Assembly (NCBI GenBank): GCA_977018835.1
Contig: OZ361256.1
Coordinates: 3,906,001 to 3,970,000, forward strand
DNA: 64,000 nucleotides
Source of the DNA: Minutocellus sp. GHC0000111
Taxonomy: Eukaryota
Reading direction: 5' to 3'
The first letter of the stretch is position 1. The number at the start of each line of letters is the position of its first letter. Shown piece by piece: positions 45,679 through 57,448 of this stretch. The notes below the pieces were generated by a model. That model searched no databases. It saw only the letters and a program-made list of their open reading frames with translations, and was not told the origin of the DNA. Made by a program: the position numbers and the translations under genes.

Positions 45679-47925
45679 ATGCTTCGTCTGGCAACCCGTC
45701 GCCCGGCGGCGATGGCAGGAGGGAGCCGCCGTGCTCTCTCGCGCGCCGCGGGCGGATATCTCGGAGCACAGGCGAGCCTCCTGGCGCAGGATGCGTCAAT
45801 GTCGTCGTCCAACGCCAACGGTTCGCAAGGCAAGGCGTGGGTGGCAGGAGGTGCAGCCGCAGCTGCAGCGGCCGCCGCGACGGCTGCCGTCGCTGCCATG
45901 GCTGGCTTTGGTCCTGCAGAGGAATCGGTATCTTCGTCTTCTCCTGCTGCTACTGCTACTGCTACTACTTCGCCTCTGACCAGCATGATACAGGTGGGCG
46001 CCAACCCGGCACGCGCCGTGGCTCTTTGCGACACGTACAGCTCGTCGGATCCTCTCGTGACCATCGGGTCCAAACTCGATGGGCAGCCGGAGGAGCCCAT
46101 CCAGGTGCGCGTCGTGCCGCCGCCCAAGTCGGCGCCCGACGGTGGCCCGGCCGCGGAGTACGATGGCACGGGAAACAGTCCCATAGATCGGGGCATCCGA
46201 GCCCTGCACTGCGCTCTGGACAATGGAGAGGACGAGTGTCAGGCCGAGCAAGAGGCAGATGAACAGCAGAATGTTGGCGGTGAAGGCAATACTTCTGCCG
46301 TTGTGGAACGCTTTGCCACCATCAGTCCCTTTAGTGGTGACGCTGTGGACGTGAACCTCGTTCGTCGTCCAACTGGATCGCTGGTCACCAAACGCGATGA
46401 TCCGCACTCGCACGAAGACATGGACGATGAGTTTGATTTGCTCGACGATGATAGCGGCAGCAGCACTCCTACTGGCACTACCAGTACCAACAGTGGTCCT
46501 CGGCCTCTGGCCATGTCCATTGGCAAGCCCCTCCCCGCTCTCCCACCTGACAGGCCAGATGCCGATCATCCCATCACGACCGATGAGAGCGACGCGGTTT
46601 GTTTGGCTCGCGTCGAGTCTATGAAGAACAGAAAGTCATCCGATGCTGCACCTACCGATAATAAACATGTGACTGTCAGCACGAACAATAGCCCTAACGC
46701 CGTCACCACCAAGAGGATGTACTTCTACCGTACTCCCATGGTCCGCAATGAGCTGTCTGATAAGTTTGCAGTCTTCGCCGGCCCTTCGTCTGAGAAGCTT
46801 GGAAGGGACATCGCTCATCTCCTTGGTCTCAATCTGAATGCCATGGACGTGAAACAGTTCGCCGACGGGGAAACTTCCTGTCATATATTGGAATCTGTAC
46901 GTGGTAAGGAGGTTTACGTGGTCAATTCAACTACGTCTGTCAATGCCCTCATGGAGCTTCTTCTCGTCATCTCCACGCTCCGTCGAGCCTCGGCCAAGCG
47001 CATTATCGCCGTCATCCCCTACTACGGCTACAGTCGACAGGATAGGCGCGTGAAGCGCGAGCCCATTGCTGCTGCGGATGTTGCCAGGATGCTGGAGGAG
47101 ATGGGAGTCGATCGTGTCATGTGTCTCGATCTGCACAACGACTCCCTCCGGGGCTTCTTCTCTCCCGATACGCCCGTGGAGCATCTGCTTCCCGGCCCGG
47201 TGGCGGCGGCCTACTTCCACGAGGAGTTCTACGAGGCGGCCAAGGGCGGTGCCTTCCCGCCTGTGGCCGTCGTTGCAGCCCACGAGGGTCAAGTTGCCAG
47301 GGCGACCGAATTCCGTAAAGTGCTGCAAAAGCTTAGTGGCGAGGATATCCCGATGGCATTCATCAGCAAATCGCGTCAATTGGCTCACGAGACCGATTAC
47401 AAGCCTATCTTGGTTGGCGATGTCACAGGACGAAAATGTATCATTGTGAGTTGATTCCTCTGAACTGTTTTTGTGTGCGTACTGCATACACGTACATGTT
47501 GGCTTTCCCCCTTCATCTCCTTTCTGTAGATTGCTTCTCCTCACTCCACGACAACCAAACCTTTTTCTTGTTTCCTTCTCAATCGTTAGGTTGACGATAT
47601 TGTCAATACTGGCAGAACGCTCCAAAAGAGTGTCAAGCAGTTGAAAGAAAATGGTGCCGATTCCGTCTACGCGTGGGCGACGCATGGAGTCTTTGGCTCG
47701 CCGAACAACGACGCCCCTGAGAAGCTCCAGGCGACGGAGGGCTTGGACTACCTGCTTATTTCGAACTCTGTGAGCCTTGACCGACCCCTCCCTGATAAGA
47801 TACGACAGCTTAGCGTCGCTCCTCTCCTAGCTGAGGCGATTGCTAGGGCTCTTCATAACCAGAGCATCACGGGCATCCTTAACTTGGACGAGATGAAACG
47901 AAAGGCCGAGCGGTATGATGACTAG
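45679..47925 (+). CDS. PRS: Ribose-phosphate pyrophosphokinase (PRPP synthetase) with mitochondrial-type leader and long N-terminal extension; intron 47446-47589
   Basis: [80 protein letters not shown]. Confidence 0.9.
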
Positions 47926-48161
47926 TAGCTAGGAATTCCTTCTGCACTTGGATTCAAAGGCAAGCAAAGTGTTAGCTAAAAGGCTTAATGTAGCTTGCAC
48001 AGCCATACATATTGAGATGGATTGAAGTGTTTCTACTCTATGCCTATCTTTCATATCACCAATATCTACAATATTGTACAATTCTAACCTTTCAACTTTC
48101 GAGTCGGAATGAAATTTTTTGTTTTTTGGCCAACGTCCGTAAGAATTCCTATTCCAGCTCG

Positions 48162-49371
48162 TCATATGAGTGCATCAAGATGTCGATGTCGCATAGGCCG
48201 CTCTTTCTTTTCCGTGACATGATGATCATTATCATCAAAACGGTCATTGTCCCTCTGATGACCTGCCTTGTGCATGTTTTGCATTTGTACAGCCCTTCGA
48301 CTGCTGCTACCGCCTGTTCCTGCTGTGGACATGGTTGTATTGGTGGCAATAGTTTGGTCATCGTCATCATCTCTCTCTGCACCGTCGATATTGGCCAATA
48401 ACTCCTCAAATGTATCACTATTATTTCGCTTCAAAGACCCCCCTTTCTTTGATCGATTTTTTCTCTTTTCGCGTGCCCAGGAACCGTACATGGCCAACAA
48501 AACTACCTGCAATGCCGTGAAGCCAAGCCGTATTGTGTTCGGGACGTACACGGGAGCGTCGTCCATTCCCATCTTGCCAAAGATCGCCCATAATGCACAG
48601 TCGAAACATCCCGCGATGCTCATTGGAGCCGAAAGTGAATCGGCATTCTTGGTTTGCAATACCTCTTTCAAGCGAACGAGCGGACTCCAATCCCTAATAA
48701 CGCAGATTAAAACAGCTTGCAGCCCAACAGCCTGAACAGCAATCCACGGGGGCAGAACAACCGCCGAAAGCGATGTAATGGCAAAGAGGCCAAGTATTAA
48801 TCCCACGTACTGCATTACCGTCCCCGGCAGCTGAGTCGATTCTTGTGGCGAGTATCTCGTATACACGCAAAAACACCAAATTGAGAGTGGCAGGGATACG
48901 AGGTTCGGTACCCATAACATGCGCTGTGATTTAAGTGCCCCGTAAACAAACCACATGAATGCCTGTGTGTATTATTGTAAATCATCGCACAATTGTAGAG
49001 GAAATGAAGAGGTTGGTTAGCAAAGATGACAAGTCATTGAGGCCAAGCAAACCCATAAATAAATGTTCTCGTGTCATTTTCTTCTTCTTGTCGCGCACCT
49101 TGATGACCATGATAGAGAACGGCAGCAGCGGCAGTTTCCCCACATCCTTCTTCGAATAGATGTCGTAAACAGTCGGTAGTGGAGCAAGCGTGTAAAGGAG
49201 GGACATCATGACGGCCAGATTACCGCATACGACCACCCAACCGGCCAGGTCGAGGTCATCCTCTCCCTCACCGTCTGGTCTCGGCGCCTCATTGTGGAAG
49301 AATTCGTGTAGGAAGGCGGCTTCGTCTGTCGTTATAGACAGATCATCGATATCGTCTCTATGAAGTGGCAC
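48162..49371 (-). CDS. SWEET (MtN3/saliva) sugar transporter; intron 49098-48963
   Basis: LAPLPTVYDIYSKKDVGKLPLLPF...WFVYG...PN and SPLVRLKEVLQTKNADSL...LWAIFG...VYVPN: two MtN3 repeats. Confidence 0.85.
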
Positions 49372-49689
49372 GGCCGCTTCTATTCAGTACGGCAGCTTAT
49401 GCCTTCGTACCATTGTTGCTGTGCTATTGCTTGGCAGCTTGAAATGAGCAAATGGCGCCATGAGCGAGAAGGAAAGGCAAGTGAAATGCGAATGACTTCG
49501 CCTCCTCCGGGTTTCTCGAAGCAGCACAACATCTGGTCAGTCCTTCTCAGCTCCGGGTTTCGAAATATCGGATGCAGCCATCAGTCATTTTTGCCGTTTG
49601 CGTTGGCCCTGAGATTATGATGCCAGTGCTGTATCCTCGCATCCTCGCACACTTGTAAAGCAATTGAAATAAATACAATAAACGCAATC

Positions 49690-50436
49690 ATGCTGCAGAT
49701 TTTCTTGATTTTGGGATGCTGCACGCTCCCCTCGTTTGGCCAAGTTGCTGATGAAACAACAGCAGCAGCAGCGAGCACCTGCACCCTTTGCGATGGGGGT
49801 TCGTTTCCGTCTGATGCGGCTGCACGGTTCAAGTTTCGCGATGACATGGTCCTGAACTGCTCGCAGATGTTTGATATTGCACCTACGCTGACGGATGAAA
49901 CCGATTGTGCAGGAATTCGGCAAATTGGTAATATGATATGCCAGTGCAATCCGCCAGAACTTACCCCCTGCACTCTTTGCTCCGATGGCTCGGCCGTTCC
50001 AAACCCGGATACACCGATATTGCCCGACAATACGACCTGTTCCGATCTCGAGGCACGCGCTGCTGCCGACTTTGACAGTAACTGTCCTTCGTGGCAAAGT
50101 ACCGCCGGCATTTATTGTGGCTGTCAGTCCAATGTCGCAATGGAGGGAAGATGTGATATTTGCCCAGGCGAGCTTTTGCCCGATCCCTTCAAGGACGTAA
50201 AATTTGTGGATGGTACAAGTCGAACCTGCCTGGAATTGGAGGTTGAGGCGAATAGAGGAGGTGGAGACTGTGGTCGATACCAGCAACTGTATGCTGATCC
50301 ATGTGAATGTTTTGGAAGCGACGAACATAGTGGTGGGGATGGTGACCCCACTAGCAGCGATGCTACAATATCAACAAAAATATTCCGATGCTTGCAATTC
50401 TCTTTATTGGTGGTATTGGTGGTGGCCGTGCTCTAA
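49690..50436 (+). CDS. Secreted/cell-surface cysteine-rich repeat protein with hydrophobic C-terminus (possible GPI anchor)
   Basis: Signal peptide. Three repeats CxLC-x-DG...PD...(T)C...C...C-x-C. Terminal LLVVLVVAVL. Confidence 0.75.
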   Translation: MLQIFLILGCCTLPSFGQVADETTAAAASTCTLCDGGSFPSDAAARFKFRDDMVLNCSQMFDIAPTLTDETDCAGIRQIGNMICQCNPPELTPCTLCSDGSAVPNPDTPILPDNTTCSDLEARAAADFDSNCPSWQSTAGIYCGCQSNVAMEGRCDICPGELLPDPFKDVKFVDGTSRTCLELEVEANRGGGDCGRYQQLYADPCECFGSDEHSGGDGDPTSSDATISTKIFRCLQFSLLVVLVVAVL

Positions 50437-50508
50437 TTAATTGTGTGCAATTGTATCATATCCATTTCCCTAGATATTTGTATATTTACCGCCAGTATTT
50501 TCTGCTTT

Positions 50509-51588
50509 TCAAAGAGACTCTAGAATTCGAGGAATGGTGACCAAGAAGACGGTCTGATAAGTACTTTGAATAATTCGTGGACCCACTCCCGTGAATAAGC
50601 CTCCTACTCCGCGCTTTTGCACAATTTCATTCATAGTATCGAACATGGTGTGATGCTCTTCACCTGATGTTTGGCCGCTGATGTTGCGATTCGAGAAGGA
50701 GTGAGTCTGCGAATGTATGCGAGCAACTTCAAATGGTGTGTTCCAGCAGCTAACAGCGCCACCGAGACATCCAGCGACAATTTCTCCAGGAATGCCTCCA
50801 ATACCTATTCTAGGCCGAACAAGCTCCGTAAATCCTTGCCGAGATGCCCAATTGGTTGCCTGTCTCGCAGCGACAGCTCTGCTTCCTCTGTATAATCCTG
50901 CGAGACCTTTCCTTTCGTAAATATCTCGCGCAGCCACCATGACGTTCCCCCCACCAGCTCCAGCTGCTGCTGCTGTAACTAATAGAGAACAGGGTGTCAT
51001 AACAACTGCCTGACATGCACCACCACATGCTCCAGCGACGAACCCGATAGTGGCCGGGGCGAATCGCTTGCGAATGACTGGTGACGAGGTAAGAGCCTTT
51101 CGAAAAGCTTCCTTGGAAGAGAGCAGGACTGCCCCACTAAGACATCCTTCCACCATGCGTGCGGAGCAGCCACTCCACATTGCACCAGGACCCTTCTCTT
51201 TGATAATTCTTTGCAGTACTTGGACGCTACTGACTGGCTTTCTATTTTGATTGTCTGCGCTGATGCTTTCGAGTACAACACTGCTCTTCCACACCTCGCA
51301 GGCTTCGGATTGAGAGAGTTAGTATGTGAGGAGAGATACGATGAAATGTGAGTACGAATCGTAATGAAGATAGGCGCAGGCCTCGTACATCACGTACGCG
51401 TGTATGTGTCAGCAAAGTAGCAAACAGCAGCAAAAACCATTTTTCTATCTCCACTCACGAAGCCCGCCGCCAAGATCCGCCAAACATTTCAGAGCAGAGC
51501 CGCGAATAAGATTCTGAAGTATCGTTGTTGATGAGCCGAGGACCGTGGTGATCCCCAGTGGGAGGAGGAGCAGCAAATCTCGCTTCAT
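50509..51588 (-). CDS. Mitochondrial carrier family (SLC25) protein; intron 51458-51303
   Basis: Signature GLP|CEVWK, TPCSLLVT and TPFEVARI. G.W.G / GLYRG / GLFTG.GPR motifs. GTGAGT donor, CTAAC branch, AAG acceptor. Confidence 0.85.
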
Positions 51589-51685
51589 GGTTTGTGGTTG
51601 TGACGCCTGCGCTGCATGCATCTGAACCAAACTTTTAGTGCCACAAAACCGCCATTAGTGCCTACAATTCTGTTGGCCGGCTCAC

Positions 51686-51745
51686 TCTCGGCCGCGGTGT
51701 CTCGGCCGCGGTGTCTCGGCCGCGGTGTCTCGGCCGCGGTGTCTC
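51686..51745. repeat. Perfect 14-bp tandem repeat TCTCGGCCGCGGTG x4.3 in a ~190-bp divergent promoter
   Basis: Units at 51686, 51700, 51714 and 51728, plus TCTC. Confidence 0.95.
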
Positions 51746-51780
51746 ACGCACGCATACCGCGGGAAGCAAAGCAAACTCAA

Positions 51781-52976
51781 ATGGGTACATGTGGCGGTCA
51801 AGCGATGGGTGCTGCCGCCCCCAGCGGGCCGACATCTCGTCCCATCGCCGGTTGTGATGAAATTAATGCCCTCGTCAAGAAGAGGACCGAGTTGCGACGC
51901 GAAAAGAAATGGGCTGAGGCTGATCGAATAAAGCTGCTGCTCCAAACTGAGCCGTACAGAGTGGAATTGTTTGACCGGAGCGATGGCGTTACAGTTTGGA
52001 GACGAGTTGGAGAAAAGACAAATGCTTTTCCAAGAGGATATCTTGGTCTAGTATTGGGCATGCTTGTTCATTATCGGACTTTCCGAGCCAAAAAGATGCA
52101 CGCATTCCTCTCGTGATAGCTACTGTGGATAAACCTCATTACCGCAAGCGCTTACAAGAGACAATGAGCCATTTATCATATTATGGAAATGAGGCACTCA
52201 ATGAAGGAGTGGGGTTTGCCCTTCATTCCGTAGATATGCTCGATTTGAACAAGAATATCAATATTGGACCAAAAAGAATTGTATTCGAAGGATGGAGACA
52301 GGTTCTGCTCCCACATCTGATGGAATTATATAGTGAAACCAAGGACGGTTTCGTTGTTGTGGTGGAAGATGATGTAAGGCTCCCTTCAGCAATACGCCCA
52401 TGTAACATACGACAAGTTTGCATTACTGCTTTTCAAGACAACCCGGATGTAAACATTTTATCCTTGGGACATGCCTGGTCCCCTGCCAAGCCAAGCAGAC
52501 GTCAACGAAGAAGATATAAAAAGTACCACCACCACCACCAACAACAACAACCATCTGCTAATAGCAACGACCACGGAGGCGGTGTCGTCGATGAATTTAA
52601 GAATCAGGCAAAGCGCCACGAACTTTTAGATCATTTAGAAGGTGGTGGCAGGATTCACGGAGCTACGATGTTTGCCATTCGCACACCCGATGGTTTAACA
52701 TCCCTTTTGAGAGCCTTGAACGCGGTAACCCAAGCTGGGAAAAGGACTCATTTCGATCAATTTCTCTTCCACTCCACATTGCACAATGTGGGGCTTGCTC
52801 TGGTTGATCCGCCTCTTGCAGGCTGGGCAGAAGTTACCGAAACACTGACTTCAGTAGGACATGGTCAACGCAAGGTTGGAGGTGGACGATTGGAACATCT
52901 GCCCAATCTGGAGACTGACAATGACAGTACGAGGCTGACCTATCAACTGATCGCTCGAAAACTTGATATGGTTTAG
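51781..52976 (+). pseudogene. Protein with CysRS-C-terminal-like helical domain followed by a glycosyltransferase-like domain, frameshifted near 52010-52030
   Basis: EINALVKKRTELRREKKWAEADRIK...VELFDRSDGVTVW in one frame. VVVVEDDVRL...ILSLG...IHGATMFAI...HFDQFLF in the -1 frame, which has no ATG before 52164. Confidence 0.55.
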
Positions 52977-53627
52977 GCTTCGATCGCGCAGTGGAATTAC
53001 CAGTAATTGCTCATGTACCGGTATGTAGCAAAAAGACTTCGTGCAATATCTTCTATTACAATAGTAGCATTTATTTCTCCTCCCTTGCTTTCGCAGTTGG
53101 TACATCGTATGTGACCGGTACATGATGATAAACGACAAGTGAAAATGATTTGTCTACAAAAGTCAAAGCATCACACCCAGTCAAAAAATACTGTAGCGGA
53201 AGAACTTGATCCTCTCAAAAAGATTATCATGCTCTCGCAAAATTATCTCAAGATTGGGTCGCGTCCTTCTTCTCAATTGTTCCCGTACCGCGTTCGCCAT
53301 TTCCCAAAAGGTGATGCAGACATGAATGGGTCCAATAAAAATATATAATTTGTTTTTCCTTCGCTTGTCCCAAGGACTCTCTTTTGCAATTGACACAGAC
53401 TCTATAAAAGTTTTCGTTTTGAGCGTCTTCGGATGAGCGTTAAAAGGGGCAGATCGAAATATCATCGCATACGGTCACCTTGCTTGTTCGTTAACTCCTC
53501 CTCTCGCCTCTTATTTCCCAATATTAGAGTCTCAAACAGGGTCAATGATAGATTGGTATGTGCAAACTAGAAAAATGGCAGAACATGAATGAACAAGATC
53601 TCAAAGTGTACAGATACCGACCGATAC

Positions 53628-55397
53628 TCATTTTCCACCGCCACCCCGAGAGCCTCCTCCACCACCACCGCCACTGGCGCCTGGCCGTTGGTGACGAGGG
53701 CTGGGCTTTCTGTACCCTTTACCACCACCTCCTCCGCCGCTACCACCAGACTTTTGGTGTCCAGTACCGGGACTGGCCGATCGGTGACGGTTGCGATTTC
53801 CGCCACCGCCGACACCTCCTTTGCCTTGACTGCCTCCCGCTCTCATGTCGTCTGACTTCCTCTTCACTTCGAGGACATTGCCGTGCATCTTCCAGGGTTC
53901 TTGGCCGACCATGTCGCGCATGATGGCGGCAACGCCCTCGGGATGGTCAAAGTCGATGTAGGCGATGCTGCGACCGGGGAGGATGCTGACGACGCGGATG
54001 GGACAGCGGTGGCGTTTGGCGTAGGAGTGGAAGAGGCCGTGGAGGTCGGCGTTGGTGGTCTTGCCGGGGACGTTGCGGATGATGATGGTGGCGTCGGGGT
54101 TGCGACCGGGGGGTTCGCTGGTGGTACCACCGCGGGGGGCGGCGGGAGGGCGCTTGCCGCCGGACTTGGTGTTGTCCTTGCTGCCGTTGCCACGGTCGTC
54201 GGAGGTAGACGAGGCGGGGGCTCCGCCGTCTCCTCCACTACCACCAGCACCACCGTTCTTCTTGGCGTCGTCGTCCTTGCCTCCACCCTGCTTCTTGCCC
54301 TTCTTGGCGGCGGCGGTATCTCTGGCCGGAGAGGGGGGGACGGAAGGAGGTCCACCGGTCTTGACGCGGCTGGCCCAGGACTCGGGGACCTTGGGAGCCG
54401 AGACGGCGGCGGCGGCAGCCTCGGCGGCGGCCTTGAGATCATCCTCGACGTTCTTGGAGGCACCGTTGGTGGGAGAGGAGGAGCGGGAGGCTCCACGCGA
54501 ATTGCGTCCGGTGCGCTTCTTGGATTTCTTCTTGTCGGCCGACTTGGGAGTCGACTCGGCGGAAGCAGCAGCGGAGTTGGCCGAGGGGTCCTGAGCTGGA
54601 GCCTCGTCCTTGGCCTCCTTGTCGGTGGTCGAAGTCTTGGCGTTGGCATCATCGTCGGTGGGTACCTCGTCGGCAGCCTGAGGAGCCGGAGCAGAAGCCT
54701 CCTTGGCCTCGTCCTCGGTAGTGGCGGCAGCCTCTTCGACGAGAGCTGGAGCAGTAGCCTCCTTCTTGGCGGCCTTACTAGAAGACTTGGTACTGGTAGT
54801 AGCAGCCTCCTTGGCCTCGGTGGTAGCCTCGGCATCAGCATCAGCCGACGACGACGACGACTCCTTCTCGGCCTTCATGACACGGAGGACGTCGTTGTGG
54901 ATGTAGTACTGCTTCTTCCGGCCAGCCGGGGCCGAGTTGGCCAGGACGATGGTGTGGACGAAGGGCCGATCGGCGACGACGGAGGTCGAGCCAGGGAGGT
55001 GCATGTGACCAGCGGTGACGAGGAGGATGGCGCCGTTGACGGAGTTCTGGGCATCGATGCGAGCCTCGGGGCCGGTCAAGTCGATGGCGAGGACGTCATC
55101 GTCGTCTCCGCCATCCTCCTCCGAGGCCTTGATGGGGTAGGCCCAGGAGAAGGCGTCGTCGGGAAGGTCGGCGAAAAGGTGCGACACGGCGGACTTGCTC
55201 TCGTCGTCCCTGGCGGAGGTGCCGACGTGCTGGACTTGCGAATCGGGATGGTAGAAGTTGCGGACGCTATCCGGGTTGTCCGACAGCATCTTGTAGTACT
55301 GCTTGACGAAGGACCTGGCGACGTGGAGGGCGTGGGCGGGCCCATCCGGTTGGGGAGTGGGCGGGGCCTGCGCCTGAGGCGGAGGGGTGGTGCTCAT
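53628..55397 (-). CDS. G3BP/Nxt3-like protein (NTF2 domain, acidic linker, RRM, RGG tail)
   Basis: VARSFVKQYYKML...FYH...IDAQNS...FVHTIVLA...YYIHNDVLR matches NTF2. SWASRV. IIIRNVP...AYIDF matches RRM. G-rich end. Confidence 0.85.
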   Translation of the reverse strand: MSTTPPPQAQAPPTPQPDGPAHALHVARSFVKQYYKMLSDNPDSVRNFYHPDSQVQHVGTSARDDESKSAVSHLFADLPDDAFSWAYPIKASEEDGGDDDDVLAIDLTGPEARIDAQNSVNGAILLVTAGHMHLPGSTSVVADRPFVHTIVLANSAPAGRKKQYYIHNDVLRVMKAEKESSSSSADADAEATTEAKEAATTSTKSSSKAAKKEATAPALVEEAAATTEDEAKEASAPAPQAADEVPTDDDANAKTSTTDKEAKDEAPAQDPSANSAAASAESTPKSADKKKSKKRTGRNSRGASRSSSPTNGASKNVEDDLKAAAEAAAAAVSAPKVPESWASRVKTGGPPSVPPSPARDTAAAKKGKKQGGGKDDDAKKNGGAGGSGGDGGAPASSTSDDRGNGSKDNTKSGGKRPPAAPRGGTTSEPPGRNPDATIIIRNVPGKTTNADLHGLFHSYAKRHRCPIRVVSILPGRSIAYIDFDHPEGVAAIMRDMVGQEPWKMHGNVLEVKRKSDDMRAGGSQGKGGVGGGGNRNRHRSASPGTGHQKSGGSGGGGGGKGYRKPSPRHQRPGASGGGGGGGSRGGGGK

Positions 55398-57139
55398 GAT
55401 GATGAGGTTGTTGGTAACTTTTTACTTATCAAGCAAGGATGAAGCAAAAGGCAGCCGATGCGATGGATGCAAATACCGTTGCGTGTTGATGCAGATCAAA
55501 GGCACAAGCAAGCAAGCAAGACGGAGTTGAACCACCAATGTATGCCACGAAAAGGTAGGAATATAGTAGTGTCAAGCCCGTTTCCCCACAGTAGCGTCTT
55601 CGTTCTACTCTATCTCTAATGACTGCCTGGAGGGAAGAGAGATTGGCCGCCACAAAATAAATGCCACGCGGAGTGCCTTTGGACGAAGATATGCTCCCAA
55701 AAAATGGGTGCAAAGATGGGTACCAACAGACGCTCAGATCGCTGACGAACACAACACTCCTTCTCTGCTCAATAGAGAGGCAAAGAAGAAGGAAGGGTAG
55801 GGAGATTCTGGAGGTTGGTGGGTGATACCGACCAGCACCTCTTCCTCTTCGCAAACAAAAAGATGTGCTCGTTCGGCCACAAGAAAAATGACGGACGAGC
55901 AAGACCGCCTTTCACTCCTGATATGAATTTTTAACGGTACAAATCTCTCAATTCTTCAATTTGAGGAGTAAACTCTCGGGGCATAGTTTTATTGTTCTCT
56001 GGACAAAAGGAGGAAGATCGTTATTTATGCGAGGCACTTGACCCACATCTCAGCGAATGCATTACGTTTGACGCCGGAATTGCTGCATCTAGAAACTGTC
56101 CGAGCTCTGGCAAACAATACCAAGATCTACTTTGGTGAGAGCATTCCCAACATCTTTCTGGATAATCAGTTATCAGGAATTACAAAGTTGCCATGAGTTG
56201 TAAATCAGCAACTCTAGGCTGGGCTTAGATTTATTGGGAGTACACTGCAACATACATATTGGAAGAGCTACTGTAGAATCAACAAACAGATTTAAGAATT
56301 CCTACAGCAAGGCCCTCAAAATCTGAAAACAATACAAGGCAGTAAAAAAGCATACGATATCTATGTATATTCTGCGATTATGGGACTTGCATAATATATA
56401 TAGCAAGAAAGCAATACCGAATGTAAATTGGTCGGTTGCGAGGGGGGGGCATCCCCGAATCGGTTTCTCCTCAACCGGGCCAGACTTCACTTTTTGCATT
56501 TTGTATTTTGATTAGATCTGGCGAGGATGTGAGCCCGTACCAAGGAGAACAAGGAGAGAAGATGGATTGAAAATCAATCGTCGAAGCAAAAAAGATGTGG
56601 ATGGGGCAAATCAGATGTTCCTCTCGGTCCTCGTGTGCTGATGGAATGTGCAAAAAACACATTACATGTAGTGCTTAATCGATGCAGGTACGGCTACTAA
56701 TTGCGGTCACTTGAGATTCAAATACATGTACTCTAGTAGATTTGCACTACTAGATCTAACCACCCATTGTGTGCGTCTGCTTCTTCGGGCCATCTCGGAC
56801 AGCTGGCGGATTCGCCGGCGGCACTTTCACCTGTCCGAGCATCGGCATTTTTTGGTCGCAGGATCGATCCGTTGGCGGTATTGGCGGTTCCGCCACTGCC
56901 CTGCTCGTGCTTCATCTTCTTCAGTCCAACCGGATCTATTTGTTTCCCGAGATAGCATTCCTCAGAAGCTGAGACTAGTATCTGCCTGGTATACAGAAGA
57001 CTTGGATAATTATTTGTACGAGTTGAGTAGCGAAATTGCGCAAGCGCGTTACTGTCGTTCCAATGGCGTCCAACACTAATGTCACCGACCCTTTCACTTT
57101 CGATGACCACCATGTCACCGACCCATTCGCTTTTCCTGG

Positions 57140-57448
57140 TTCCGACGCTGAGACTGTCGCACTCCCTGATTCTGGGAGGACGAACGCGCATCCGCATCAC
57201 ACCCAGGCGCATTATCGAAACTCTCTTCATCTCCAACGAGCTCCTCCGAGTCCTCCTCGCCATTATCCTCTGCCTCCTCCTCGCCATTATCAACGTCGTC
57301 ATCAACAGACTGTCGAGGTCCCTGATTCCGACGCTGAGACGGTATTTGATTCCTACGCTGAGACTACTATCGCGGCATTTGATTCCGACGCTGAGACTGT
57401 CGCACTCCCTGATTCTGGGAGGACGAACGCGCATCCGCATCACACCCA
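57140..57448. repeat. 66-bp direct repeat (57140-57205 and 57383-57448) with two extra partial GATTCC(G/T)ACGCTGAGAC copies between
   Basis: TTCCGACGCTGAGACTGTCGCACTCCCTGATTCTGGGAGGACGAACGCGCATCCGCATCACACCCA occurs twice, offset 243 nt. Confidence 0.9.

Noticed and set aside
19213..55397. Functional cluster of RNA-granule genes (DED1, DCP1, G3BP-like, CBF5)
   Set aside because: Spread over 36 kb among unrelated genes in mixed orientation; compatible with chance.
55430..57030. Gene or RNA in the 1.6-kb gap between the G3BP-like and BTB genes
   Set aside because: Only short ORFs without recognisable motifs. No tRNA or snoRNA pattern or terminal repeats that I can support.
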